Source of the DNA: Methanobacteriota archaeon
GTDB lineage: Archaea > Thermoplasmatota > Thermoplasmata > SG8-5 > JAGLSY01
Assembly: GCA_020696385.1 (NCBI GenBank)
Contig: JAEHCQ010000001.1
Coordinates: 448,001 to 512,000 of the forward strand
DNA length: 64,000 nt
Reading direction: 5' to 3'
The notes beneath the pieces are model-generated. The model worked only from the letters and a program-made list of their open reading frames with translations. It was not told the DNA's origin and ran no database searches. This document shows, piece after piece, positions 37,931-48,119 of this stretch; the first letter of the stretch is position 1; each line of letters starts with the position of its first letter. The position numbers and the translations under genes were made by a program.

Positions 37931-40576
37931 ATGACGGAATATGATAGAAAGAAAATTGAAGAAAAATGGCAGGGCCTTTGGGACGAGTGGAAACTATATC
38001 ATTTTGATAAGAAATCGGACATGCCAGTATACAGCATAGACAATCCCCCGAGGTATGCGTCTGGCCCACTTCACGTCGGTCATGCCATACATTACACGCA
38101 CATTGATTTCGCTGCCAGGTTCCGAAGGCAAAATGGTTACAATGTCATGTTCCCGCTCTGTATCGACGTCAATGGAATGCCCATCGAAGTTAATGTCGAA
38201 AAAAAGCACGGCATCAAGATGCGTGACTATCCGCGCCAGGACTTCATCAAACTCTGCACTGACTTTGCGGACAATAATATCGATCTCATAACTGATCAGT
38301 TCAAGCTGCTGGGAGACTCGATGGATCCGTCCATCTTCTACAGGACGGATGCGGAGTATTATAGAAGGCTCACACAGATATCATTCATCAAACTTTACAA
38401 ACGCGGTCTGATCTACAAGGGACTGGCCCCGGTCAATTGGTGTCCGAGATGTGGAACCGCTCTCGCAGACGCGGAAGTGGAATACCAGGAAAAGAAGACC
38501 AAGCTGAATTACATTCATTTCGGTGTCAAGGGCATGGACGAGGACGTCCTTATCGCGACCACCAGGCCGGAGCTCATATGCGCGTGCCAGCTTATCGTCA
38601 TAAGCCCGAAGGATAAGGAAAAACAGCATCTTATTGGAAAGAAGCTCATAACACCGATTTATGGAAAAGAGGTGGAGATAGTCGCCGATCCGAAGGTCGA
38701 TCCCGAGTTCGGAACTGGCATCGTCATGGTCTGCTCCATCGGGGATAAGGAAGATCTGGAATGGATCTACAAGTACGAACTTCCTATCGAGAAGGGAATT
38801 GACGAGAATGGAATGATGACCGAACTCGCTGGCAAGTATCAGGGCATGGAGACCGAGAAGGCCAGGGAGGCTATGATCGACGATCTGAAGAAAGATGGAT
38901 TACTGGTCAAACAAGAGCCCATGGAGCACAATTCCGGCGGATGCTGGAGATGCCACGCGACCATCGAGTTCATACAGACGCCTCAATGGTTCCTCAAGAC
39001 ACTGGATGCCAGAGAGGACATGTTGAAGATGGCCGATGATATTGATTGGAACCCGGAGTTCATGAAAATCCGTCTTTTAGATTGGATCAATTCCATCAAC
39101 AGGGATTGGGTGATATCCAGACAGAGGTATTTCGCCACGCCGATCCCGCTTTGGGAATGTAATTCCTGTGGAGAGGTTGTTCTACCAGCGGAAGGAGATT
39201 GCTATGTCGATCCCACTGTCGACTCGCCACCAGTTGACAAATGTCCGGATTGCGATAGCGAGCTAACTGGATGTGTGGAGGTTTTTGACACCTGGATGGA
39301 TTCATCGATATCCCCATTGTACTGCTCCTTCTGGGAAAGGGACGAGGAATTGTTCAAGAAGATCTTCCCCATGAGCTTGAGGACGCAAGCTCATGACATC
39401 ATACGAACATGGGCCTTTTACACCATGCTTAGAAGTAACTATCTGGCTGGCGGCAAGCCCTGGGAGAGCATGATGATCGACGGTTTCATACTTGGGCCAG
39501 ATGGCAAGCCCATGCACGCTTCCGATGGTAATGTGATCGATCCACTGGACCTCCTGGCTGAGTACGGCACGGATGCCTGGAGATATTACAGTTCCACTGT
39601 CCCGATAGGAGAGGACAGTGCGGTACGTGTGAAGGAGATCGTTCATGGAACAAGGTTCAATGCCAAATTGTGGAACATCCACAAGTTCATAAGCAAGGCC
39701 GCACGGCCCGGATTGGCAGCCCAACCTGAGGATTTCAAGACATCGGACAAGTGGATATTGACCAAATATTCCAGGCTGGTCCAGAACGTGACCAAGCACT
39801 ATGAACAATTCAGATTCGACAGGGCGATGAAGGAACTGGAACAGTTCGTCTGGCATGAGCTGGCCGATCATTATCTCGAGATGGTCAAGCACAGGAGCAT
39901 GGAGGAGGACGACGCGCTCGCGCTCACATTGTACGAGATAGGATTAGGAACCACGAAGATGCTGGCTCCGATCATCCCGCATATCGCGGACGAGATCTAC
40001 GAGCTTTATTATCAAGAAATGGATGGCAAGAAGAGCATAACGATTTCAGAATGGCCAGGCACTTCGATCGACGATCAGGACGAGCTTGAGAGAGGCGAGA
40101 TATTAAAGGACATAATCGCGGCTGTCAGGAACTGGAAGTCCGAGAAGGGCATGGCCCTAAATGCGGAAATTGGCGTTCTGGAGATAATCGGCGAGAATGT
40201 GAATAACATTCTCGGTTGCGAAGGCGACATAGCTGGCACCCTGAAAGCCAAGGACGTTCTGATGATTGGCGAGAGGGAGCTTATCGAGACACCAATTGCG
40301 ATTAAACCCAAGCACTCGGTCATGGGCCCGAAATTCAAGCAGGATGCGAAGCACATTGTGGATATACTCGGCAAGCTGGATCCTGTCGATGGCGCGAGAG
40401 CTATCGAGACCGGGGAGCTGGACATCAAACTACTATCTGGCAATACCGTGAAGATCGAGCCCGATATGGTGGAGATCATCAAGGTCCCGACCATCGACGG
40501 CAAAGAAGTACAAACTGTTACAGTGGGCGACCTGCTCATCATCATCGGCCAGTACCAAGAGGCCACGATCGAGTGA
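37931..40576 (+). CDS. valS: Valine--tRNA ligase (archaeal type)
   Basis: DNPP, HVGH (HIGH-like), NWCPRCGTALADAEVEY, ATTRPE, DWVISRQRYFATPIP and DTWMDSS motifs. Confidence 0.96.
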   Translation: MTEYDRKKIEEKWQGLWDEWKLYHFDKKSDMPVYSIDNPPRYASGPLHVGHAIHYTHIDFAARFRRQNGYNVMFPLCIDVNGMPIEVNVEKKHGIKMRDYPRQDFIKLCTDFADNNIDLITDQFKLLGDSMDPSIFYRTDAEYYRRLTQISFIKLYKRGLIYKGLAPVNWCPRCGTALADAEVEYQEKKTKLNYIHFGVKGMDEDVLIATTRPELICACQLIVISPKDKEKQHLIGKKLITPIYGKEVEIVADPKVDPEFGTGIVMVCSIGDKEDLEWIYKYELPIEKGIDENGMMTELAGKYQGMETEKAREAMIDDLKKDGLLVKQEPMEHNSGGCWRCHATIEFIQTPQWFLKTLDAREDMLKMADDIDWNPEFMKIRLLDWINSINRDWVISRQRYFATPIPLWECNSCGEVVLPAEGDCYVDPTVDSPPVDKCPDCDSELTGCVEVFDTWMDSSISPLYCSFWERDEELFKKIFPMSLRTQAHDIIRTWAFYTMLRSNYLAGGKPWESMMIDGFILGPDGKPMHASDGNVIDPLDLLAEYGTDAWRYYSSTVPIGEDSAVRVKEIVHGTRFNAKLWNIHKFISKAARPGLAAQPEDFKTSDKWILTKYSRLVQNVTKHYEQFRFDRAMKELEQFVWHELADHYLEMVKHRSMEEDDALALTLYEIGLGTTKMLAPIIPHIADEIYELYYQEMDGKKSITISEWPGTSIDDQDELERGEILKDIIAAVRNWKSEKGMALNAEIGVLEIIGENVNNILGCEGDIAGTLKAKDVLMIGERELIETPIAIKPKHSVMGPKFKQDAKHIVDILGKLDPVDGARAIETGELDIKLLSGNTVKIEPDMVEIIKVPTIDGKEVQTVTVGDLLIIIGQYQEATIE

Positions 40577-40872
40577 TTCGAATGGCTAGCATATCGGAAG
40601 AACAGGTCATCGAGGTTCTGAACATGATCATTGACAAGGAACGAAATAGAAGCATGTGGCAGATGAGATTGGTTACCCATCTGGCAGTAGATCCAGACAA
40701 TAATATTTCTATAACCGTGGAGCCAACAAACCCAGCATGTCCCATAGGCCTGAAGATGGCCTATGATGCGAAGGTGGCTTTGATAAGCATGGCGGATGTG
40801 GGAAAGGTAGATGTGAAGATCATCGGGCACAAACATTCGGAAAGCATGAATCGTATGCTGGATGAGTTGTAG
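40573..40872 (+). CDS. DUF59/SufT-like metal-sulfur cluster assembly factor
   Basis: EEQVIEVL..IID.E and PTNPACP motifs. Confidence 0.8.
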   Translation: MIRMASISEEQVIEVLNMIIDKERNRSMWQMRLVTHLAVDPDNNISITVEPTNPACPIGLKMAYDAKVALISMADVGKVDVKIIGHKHSESMNRMLDEL

Positions 40873-40942
40873 AATGGGCAAAAAAGTGCCCCAAAACTAA
40901 TAAGTCAATAAAGAGATAAGCATGTAGGAAGAGAGATGGAAG

Positions 40943-41467
40943 ATGAATAATAAACCAATTTTGAGCATAAGATATAATGCATCAAATGTTGATGTGCCCA
41001 CATATACCATAATGATAGTCTTTTTCGTAATTTTTCCAATATTTCTAATGCTTCAGATTGGAACAGAAACAACAGAGGCAATCATCATAAATTCAATTTT
41101 AATCTTTATTGCTTGCTTACTGGCTATGATATTATTCCCATATCGTAAAGGCATATTCGATTTTTTTGATGAGAATGTGATATTTAACCCAGAGTCAGCA
41201 TTTCCATCATCAAAATATGATATCAAATATTCAAAGATTTCACAAATATATTACAACAAAAATACGAAATGCATCCATTTATTTACTGATGACATAGAAA
41301 AGCATTTTAATATTCAAGAAATTGAAACCCCATTTAAAACAGAGTTAATTATTTCATTGGAAAAGGTAGATGATAAAATTTGTAAAGACATGCTGGATAT
41401 ATTCATCAAAAATAATGTTCCCACTACATTGATTACAGGAATATTTCAAAAGAAAATTATTGAATAA
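40943..41467 (+). CDS. AT-rich hypothetical membrane protein (two TM helices plus soluble domain)
   Basis: 174-aa ORF with two hydrophobic helices; visibly lower GC than its flanks. Confidence 0.6.
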   Translation: MNNKPILSIRYNASNVDVPTYTIMIVFFVIFPIFLMLQIGTETTEAIIINSILIFIACLLAMILFPYRKGIFDFFDENVIFNPESAFPSSKYDIKYSKISQIYYNKNTKCIHLFTDDIEKHFNIQEIETPFKTELIISLEKVDDKICKDMLDIFIKNNVPTTLITGIFQKKIIE

Positions 41468-41599
41468 TGTCATCCAGTCTGCTCCGAGCAGGCGAGAGGG
41501 GGAAGGGTCGAGCCAGCACAGGAGCAGGGTGGGGGGTAAACAATAGAAGGGGTGGGAATTCCGTATAAGTTTAATACAGCTATCACTTTCACGGTCATA

Positions 41600-44293
41600 A
41601 TGGGAGGCAAAAAAGCCAAAACTGTGGATTCGCGAAAGGGCGATACTCCAATGAGTTCGCCAAAAGGCGATACTCCAATGATGAAGCAGTATTACGACAT
41701 CAAAGATCAACATCCTGAGGCCATCCTATTTTTCAGAATGGGGGATTTCTACGAAACCTTCAGCGATGATGCCGTGGTCACTGCCAGGGTTCTTGGGATC
41801 ACTCTGACATCTCGCGGCCGCGAAAAAGGCGAGAGCATACCACTGGCCGGCATCCCCTACCACGCGCTGGACACTTATCTTCATAAAATGGTCAAGGCGG
41901 GCTACACAGTAGCCATATGTGAACAAATGGAGGATCCGAAGAAAGCCAAGGGCATTGTCAAACGCGGGGTTGTGCGTATTGTTTCTCCTGGCACGGTTGT
42001 CGAGGATTCCATGCTATCTGGCAGCTCGAATAACTTTCTGGCATCCGTGAGCATGGGGAAGTTGAAGGCCAAGGGCAAAGGAAAAGATAAAGAAAGCTTC
42101 GGACTGGCACTGGTGGACATATCCACGGGCGAGTTCCTGACCACCCAGATAGAGGATGAGGATGTTCTGAGGAATGAGCTAATTCGATTTCAGCCATCTG
42201 AGATCATATCAGACCCGGATACTGGTGTGCTTTTGGAAAGACTGATCGGGGACGATATGGCAGCTCCCCTGACAGGTGTGGATGCTTACTTTTACGACCT
42301 GGATAATGCCTTGAATAAATTATTAAATTTATTCAAGGTCAAGTCACTGGCTGGCTATGGTTGTGACGGGCAACCAATGGCCATCGCGGCTGCTGGTTCT
42401 GTGATCGCCTATCTGGAAGGCATGCGGATATCCGCCCTTGGCCAGATCGGTACTTTGAGAACTTACAGTAATAAGGATTTCATGGTGCTGGATGCCACCA
42501 CTCTCAGAAATTTGGAATTATTCAATAATATTCGCGATAGAAGCGAAAAGTTCACACTTATAGAATTACTGGATAGGACAAAGACGCCCATGGGAAGTCG
42601 GATGATAAGACAATGGTTGGCGCAACCATTGCAGAACATCGGCCAGATAAATGAAAGACTGGATTCTGTCGAGTGGCTGACCGACAACCGCCTTACCAGG
42701 ATCGAATTGCGAGATTATTGCGACGAGATCCGGGATATGGAAAGGCTGGTGGCACGTGCCGTGCATGGAAGTGCGAATGCCCGGGACATGCACGCCCTCA
42801 AGAACTCGCTACAGACCATTCCCAGTATACAGGCTCTTTTCGAAGGTGTGATCGTTCCCAGCCAAATGCAGCAGGCGATAAACGCTATCGACCCTCTGGA
42901 TGATCTGACTGAGATGCTGGAAAAGGCCATAGTGGACAAGCCCCCACTCGGGCTCAAGGATGGCGGGATCATCAAGGACGGCTTCAGCACGGACCTGGAT
43001 GAATTGAAGGAATTGGCATCCAGTGGGAAGAAATGGGTGGCCGATCTCGAAGCAAAAGAACGAGAACGAACTGGCATCAAATCCCTCAAGATCAAGTACA
43101 ATAAGGTTTTCGGATACTTTCTGGAGGTCACGGTCAGGCACGCGGACAAGGTTCCTGAGAACTATATCAGGAAGCAGACTCTGAGCAATGCTGAACGGTT
43201 TATAACACCCGAGCTCAAGGAAAAAGAAGCTCAGATATTATCAGCCAATGAAAAGCTGGCTGCTTTGGAATATGATATTTTCTGCGATGTGAGGAACTGG
43301 GTGGCGGAGAGTTCCACCAGCCTGCAGAGCACGGCCAGAGCCCTTGGAAAGCTGGATGTTTTCTCATCACTGGCTGACATTTCCGAATTGTACAGATATT
43401 CGAGGCCGAACATGGTCAAGGGCAATACACTGGCCATCATCGATGGGCGACATCCGGTTGTCGAGAAAATGATCCCTGAAAGATTCGTTTCAAATGACAC
43501 GAAGCTGGATGATAAGAAGAATCGGGTCATGATCCTAACTGGCCCCAATATGGCGGGTAAGTCCACTTACATGCGCCAGGTGGCTCTGATCACCCTTATG
43601 GCGCACATCGGCAGCTTTGTCCCGGCCAGGAGCGCGAATATCGGCATTGTGGATCGTATATTCACCAGAGTGGGCGCGTATGATGATCTCACGCACGGCC
43701 AGAGTACTTTCATGGTGGAGATGACCGAAGTCGCCAATATTCTTAATTCAGCCACCAAAAACAGCCTGGTCATCCTTGATGAGATAGGTCGTGGAACGAG
43801 CACTTTCGATGGTTTAAGTATCGCGTGGGCGGTTGCGGAATACATCGAGAGCAAGCGCGTGGCATCTAAGACCATTTTCGCCACGCATTATCACCATCTC
43901 ACCGAGCTGGAAGAATTACTGGGAGGTGTTGTGAACTACAATATCGCGGTGAAGGAAGATAAAGATGACATCATCTTCCTTCGAAAGGTCATACCAGGCA
44001 GCACGAATCGCAGTTACGGTATCCAGGTTGGTAAGCTGGCTGGACTTCCTATTGAAGTGGTCGAGCGCGCGAAGGAAATTCTCAAAAGGATAGAAACTGA
44101 GGCTGTCATGGAACTGGAAGATGGTGGAGCCAAGAGAGGAAAGAGACGGCAATACACCCAGCTGGTATTGTACGATCAACCGGAGAATGAGAATCCCGCG
44201 GTCAAGGAATTAAAGGAACTGGATCCCGATCACATGACCCCGATGGAAGCCCTGCACAAGCTCCAGGAGCTGAAGAAGAAAGTTGGGAAATGA
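41600..44293 (+). CDS. mutS: DNA mismatch repair protein MutS (MutS1 type)
   Basis: TPMMKQY, FFRMGDFYE, TGPNMAGKSTYMRQ, STFMVEM, DEIGRGTST and FATHYH motifs. Confidence 0.96.
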   Translation: MGGKKAKTVDSRKGDTPMSSPKGDTPMMKQYYDIKDQHPEAILFFRMGDFYETFSDDAVVTARVLGITLTSRGREKGESIPLAGIPYHALDTYLHKMVKAGYTVAICEQMEDPKKAKGIVKRGVVRIVSPGTVVEDSMLSGSSNNFLASVSMGKLKAKGKGKDKESFGLALVDISTGEFLTTQIEDEDVLRNELIRFQPSEIISDPDTGVLLERLIGDDMAAPLTGVDAYFYDLDNALNKLLNLFKVKSLAGYGCDGQPMAIAAAGSVIAYLEGMRISALGQIGTLRTYSNKDFMVLDATTLRNLELFNNIRDRSEKFTLIELLDRTKTPMGSRMIRQWLAQPLQNIGQINERLDSVEWLTDNRLTRIELRDYCDEIRDMERLVARAVHGSANARDMHALKNSLQTIPSIQALFEGVIVPSQMQQAINAIDPLDDLTEMLEKAIVDKPPLGLKDGGIIKDGFSTDLDELKELASSGKKWVADLEAKERERTGIKSLKIKYNKVFGYFLEVTVRHADKVPENYIRKQTLSNAERFITPELKEKEAQILSANEKLAALEYDIFCDVRNWVAESSTSLQSTARALGKLDVFSSLADISELYRYSRPNMVKGNTLAIIDGRHPVVEKMIPERFVSNDTKLDDKKNRVMILTGPNMAGKSTYMRQVALITLMAHIGSFVPARSANIGIVDRIFTRVGAYDDLTHGQSTFMVEMTEVANILNSATKNSLVILDEIGRGTSTFDGLSIAWAVAEYIESKRVASKTIFATHYHHLTELEELLGGVVNYNIAVKEDKDDIIFLRKVIPGSTNRSYGIQVGKLAGLPIEVVERAKEILKRIETEAVMELEDGGAKRGKRRQYTQLVLYDQPENENPAVKELKELDPDHMTPMEALHKLQELKKKVGK
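41629..41681 (+). repeat. 27-bp in-frame tandem duplication at the mutS 5' end
   Basis: ttcgcgaaagggcgatactccaatga / ttcgccaaaaggcgatactccaatga (SRKGDTPM / SPKGDTPM). Confidence 0.8.
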
Positions 44294-44339
44294 TATCTTA
44301 ACTTACTCTTAATTAGGACGAATTTTATTGATTTCACTA

Positions 44340-44356
44340 ACAAAGATTATAATAAG
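44340..44356 (+). promoter_or_regulatory. Putative BRE/TATA promoter of tRNA-Leu
   Basis: acaaagaTTATAAtaag about 30-40 nt upstream of the tRNA 5' end. Confidence 0.4.
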
Positions 44357-44383
44357 TGACTTATTTTACAGGTCTTATCTCAT

Positions 44384-44509
44384 GCGGGGATAGCCAAGCC
44401 TGGCCAACGGCGCAGGACTTAAGATCTAAAGTCTACAAGAGTTCATTGATAGGATAAGATAAGTTATCCTGTCCTTAGTGGTTCGAGGGTTCGAATCCCT
44501 TTCCCCGCA
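44384..44509 (+). tRNA. tRNA-Leu(TAA) with a 42-nt intron at 37/38 (44424-44465)
   Basis: Acceptor GCGGGGA/TCCCCGC-A; D-arm TAGCCAAGCCTGGCCAACGGC; anticodon stem CAGGA/TCCTG with TAA; T-arm GAGGGTTCGAATCCCTT; bulge-helix-bulge at the intron junctions. Confidence 0.93.
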
Positions 44510-44770
44510 CTTTTTTCTTTCACAACCTCGCTGTGCTGGCTCACCCTCGGAAAGAAAAAAGACGCACAAATCGAATCAAGCCAATTGGCTTGATAAAAAT
44601 AAATGCGTAGGCTCAATTGATGAAATCGCATTTAAAAAGAAAAGCCGCCCAAGCCGGCTCGCTCGGCAAGTTCACGACCTGCCAGTAATCATGGCAGGTC
44701 GATTGATGTAAAATATAAACATAAGGTTAGCATACAGCATAATTACTAGCGCACTTGAAAGAGGTTCGAA

Positions 44771-46150
44771 ATGAAACAAACAGATGTCGCGATAATCGGA
44801 GCTGGCTCTGGCGGTTACACCACCGCTCTCGAGCTTGCGAAAGCCGGAAAGAAGGTCATCTTGATCGAGAAAGACAGGGTCGGAGGAGCCTGCCTCATTC
44901 GCGGCTGCATACCGTCAAAGGCATTTGTTCATGCTTCCAATATCGTCCACAAGGGCAAAAGATCCAGTGATATCGGTATCGATATCGGAGAGCCAGTCAT
45001 TGACATGGTCCGCATCCAGGAATGGAAAGAAGGCATTGTGGACAAGATGGTAAAAGGCATCGAGGGACAATGCAAGAAAGCGGGAGTGGATGTTCTTCAT
45101 GGAACTGCCAGGCTCGTTTCAGATAAGAGCCTGGTCGTGAAGTTCTCTGATGAAATACCAGATGAGGAAATAATTACTGAATATGTCATACTGGCCACAG
45201 GAGCCAGTCCAAGAGAGGTTCCTGGCTTCGAGATAGATGAGAAGATGATAATGAGCTCCACTGGCCTTCTTGATCTGAAGGAAATACCTTCCTCCATGGG
45301 AGTTATCGGCGGAGGTGTGATCGGACTGGAACTTTCCACGGTCATGGCCAAGCTTGGCTGTGATGTCACGATAATCGAAATACTGGATGACATCCTTCCC
45401 TTCTCGGATGACGATGTCACCCGAACTATTAAAAAGGGTCTGAAAGCACTGGGCATCAAATTGCTCACTGGAAGTCGAGCCAAACTAACTGGTATTGATG
45501 AAAATAATGTCAGTATAGAGGTCCAGAGCCCTAAGGAATCGGAGACCATGGAATTCCAGAAGATACTCATCGGTGTGGGGAGCCAACCCAATCTTGAAGG
45601 AATAGGCATCGAGAAGGCCGGTATCCAGCTTGACAAGGATGGATTTGTCAAGACAGATGGGAAATTGCGAACCAGCTCATCCAATATCTTCGCCATCGGA
45701 GACATTAGGGGAAATCCGATGCTGGCTCATAAAGCTTCCATGGATGGCATACGAGTTGCCAAGACCATTCTAGGTGTGGGTGTGGAAAGACAAAAAGAAC
45801 CGATCATTCCTTATGTGCTCTTCACCGAGCCAGAACTGGCAAGTGCGGGATTGCATGAGTGGGAGGCCAAGGAAAAGGGTATTGAATATCAGGCCAAGAG
45901 GTATTATTTCGCAGCCCTCGGTAAAGCACTGGCCATGAACGAAAAGGATGGTTTTGTCAAGATCCTGATAGATCCTCAGGGTAAGATCATCGGGTGCACG
46001 ATAATTGGTCCTGAGGCTTCCAACCTCATTTCTGAGGTCACACTGGCCATTGAAAAAGATCTTACTGTCAAAGAGATATCAAATATTATCCATCCACATC
46101 CGACACTATCGGAAGGGATATGGGAAAATGCCAGGCATCTTTCAGAGTGA
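44771..46150 (+). CDS. lpdA: Dihydrolipoyl dehydrogenase
   Basis: GAGSGG FAD site, GGACLIRGCIPSK redox disulfide, GGGVIGLE, MLAHKA and HPTLSE motifs. Confidence 0.93.
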   Translation: MKQTDVAIIGAGSGGYTTALELAKAGKKVILIEKDRVGGACLIRGCIPSKAFVHASNIVHKGKRSSDIGIDIGEPVIDMVRIQEWKEGIVDKMVKGIEGQCKKAGVDVLHGTARLVSDKSLVVKFSDEIPDEEIITEYVILATGASPREVPGFEIDEKMIMSSTGLLDLKEIPSSMGVIGGGVIGLELSTVMAKLGCDVTIIEILDDILPFSDDDVTRTIKKGLKALGIKLLTGSRAKLTGIDENNVSIEVQSPKESETMEFQKILIGVGSQPNLEGIGIEKAGIQLDKDGFVKTDGKLRTSSSNIFAIGDIRGNPMLAHKASMDGIRVAKTILGVGVERQKEPIIPYVLFTEPELASAGLHEWEAKEKGIEYQAKRYYFAALGKALAMNEKDGFVKILIDPQGKIIGCTIIGPEASNLISEVTLAIEKDLTVKEISNIIHPHPTLSEGIWENARHLSE

Positions 46151-47710
46151 TTATATAATTTTAGGACCTGGCTTTTCTTTTTTCATGAGTTTTTTAAGAT
46201 AGCTCATGGCCCATGTATAGGACACGACCGAGCCTATGACATTGGCCAATACCAGACCCCACCATGCTCCCTCAAGTCCCATATCGAAGGTATAGACCAA
46301 TAATAGGGCCAGTGGTGGTGTGAGGATGACGGTTCTGAGAAGGGTCACGGTGAGTGCCTTGGAACCCTCGCCCACTCCCTGGAACATGGATGATGATAAC
46401 ATTCCCCATGCCACACCAGGATAGAAGATGGCCGATATCTGGAAGTAAATGACTAATGGCGCGGTAAGTCTGGCTGATTCCTCAGCCGTGGTAAAGACCC
46501 CGGCTATCTGGGAGGCGAAGATCATCACGATGAGCATGACGATCATCTCGAATATGAAGCCGACTTTTATTGCATAGTCCAGCGCGACCTTAATGTTCTT
46601 GTAAGAGCCCTTTCCGTACATGGCCCCGGAGACCGATATCACGGCAGTGGAAATTCCCAGTAGCGGAAGTATACCCAGCATGGATATCCTCCAGCCAGTG
46701 GTGAAGATCGCAACCCCGTCATTACCAGCCACCTGAACGAGAATGACGTTCATGAATATCATGACGATGGACATGGATATCTGCTGGATAGAAGCTGGAA
46801 GGCCGACCTTGAACACATCTTTAGTGATATCGCGGTTAAATTTGAAGCCCTTGAATCGAATGTCCAAGTATGTTTGTCTTTTAATGAACATCCAGTAGAA
46901 GATAAGGACCGCAGTGGAGGCCATTGATATGAGAGTTGCCCAAGCAGCTCCCGTGACACCCAGACCAAGACCAAATGATTCAAAGATCCAAGGGCCTGGA
47001 TTGCTGGTACCAAATATGAAGATGGGATCCAGAATGATATTCAATATACCGCCGATAAGCATGGCGATCATGGCCTTCTTCACATCCCCCTCCGCTCTCA
47101 GAAGTGCATTGGATACATTGCTAAAGAATATGATGATGGCTCCGGCAAAGAGTATCTGGGAATAATCAGTGGCCATGTCAATAACAACTCCCTCGGCCCC
47201 CATGCCCACATAGATAGAGTGCATGGCGAAGAAGAAGGGTATGGACACCGCCAGTGAGAGAATGACCATGAATACCATGGTATGAGCTCCCACACTGTCC
47301 GCTCCTGCCTTGTCATTGGCACCAATGCGCCGGGATACAGCAGCCCCGCCGCCTACTCCGAGTCCAGTGGCCAGTGCGATTATAGTGAAGAAAAAGGGGA
47401 AGAAAAATCCAACCGCCGAAAGGGCATCAGGCCCAAGAAGTGATACCCATATGGCGTCCACGAGATTGTAAACAGTCTGGATGGACATGGCGATTATCAT
47501 TGGAATTGCCAGTTTGATAATGGCCTTCTTGGGATCACCAAGCAATGTCTTGACACCGGAGGTATGACCTCCTTTTGGCTGATCATTCACATCCTCGTCC
47601 ACATCCACATTCTCATCTTTCAATGATGTGGGTGGATCGACATCCTCTGAACCTGCTTGAGGCTCGACAATAAAATCATCACTGGATACTTCATCATCAT
47701 TGCTTGACAC
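46151..47710 (-). CDS. MATE-family efflux transporter
   Basis: LAIPMII, YNLVDAIWV, LRAEGD, NIILDPIFIFG and GAAWAT motifs; about 12 TM helices; GTG start. Confidence 0.92.
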   Translation of the reverse strand: MSSNDDEVSSDDFIVEPQAGSEDVDPPTSLKDENVDVDEDVNDQPKGGHTSGVKTLLGDPKKAIIKLAIPMIIAMSIQTVYNLVDAIWVSLLGPDALSAVGFFFPFFFTIIALATGLGVGGGAAVSRRIGANDKAGADSVGAHTMVFMVILSLAVSIPFFFAMHSIYVGMGAEGVVIDMATDYSQILFAGAIIIFFSNVSNALLRAEGDVKKAMIAMLIGGILNIILDPIFIFGTSNPGPWIFESFGLGLGVTGAAWATLISMASTAVLIFYWMFIKRQTYLDIRFKGFKFNRDITKDVFKVGLPASIQQISMSIVMIFMNVILVQVAGNDGVAIFTTGWRISMLGILPLLGISTAVISVSGAMYGKGSYKNIKVALDYAIKVGFIFEMIVMLIVMIFASQIAGVFTTAEESARLTAPLVIYFQISAIFYPGVAWGMLSSSMFQGVGEGSKALTVTLLRTVILTPPLALLLVYTFDMGLEGAWWGLVLANVIGSVVSYTWAMSYLKKLMKKEKPGPKII

Positions 47711-48119
47711 ACTTCAGGATAATCCAGTGTTATATTTAATAGATAGCGCTAACGATCTACGATCATAGCTTGGAGATGATTTAATATATCTTGCTTAAGC
47801 TCAGAACAACCCTTCATCCTGTGGATTAAACAGGATAAGGAATCTTGGAATGTCCTGGCAGAACTCCATTCCCCCGTATAACTTACCCATCTGATATTCT
47901 AAGTCATCAGACACTTTGATGGTCATCATCAGTTATTATTATTGTATCAAGGTATTCATATATCTTTCTGTAGCCAGTTAATCAAATGTGATGTATAATT
48001 TATGAATATATGACATATTATTGATGTCATGTGGCGAAAATACAATGAAGATGTCTGGAATAAGAGACATTAATATTCCAGAATACCATCATATCCCGAT
48101 GTCAAACAATTCTTCACCC

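Noticed and set aside
40075-40881. 268-aa antisense ORF over the valS 3' end and DUF59
   Set aside because: It is a shadow of two well-supported plus-strand genes with no protein-like motifs.
44510-44760. Integrated element at the tRNA-Leu 3' end
   Set aside because: There is no integrase and no duplicated tRNA 3' end (att site) in the window, and housekeeping lpdA follows directly.
47855-47932. C/D-box sRNA or fluoride riboswitch on the minus strand upstream of the MATE gene
   Set aside because: TGATGA-12 nt-CTGA is present, but there is no second C'/D pair. The GGAATGGAGTTC segment lacks the downstream CTGATGAC element in the right order.
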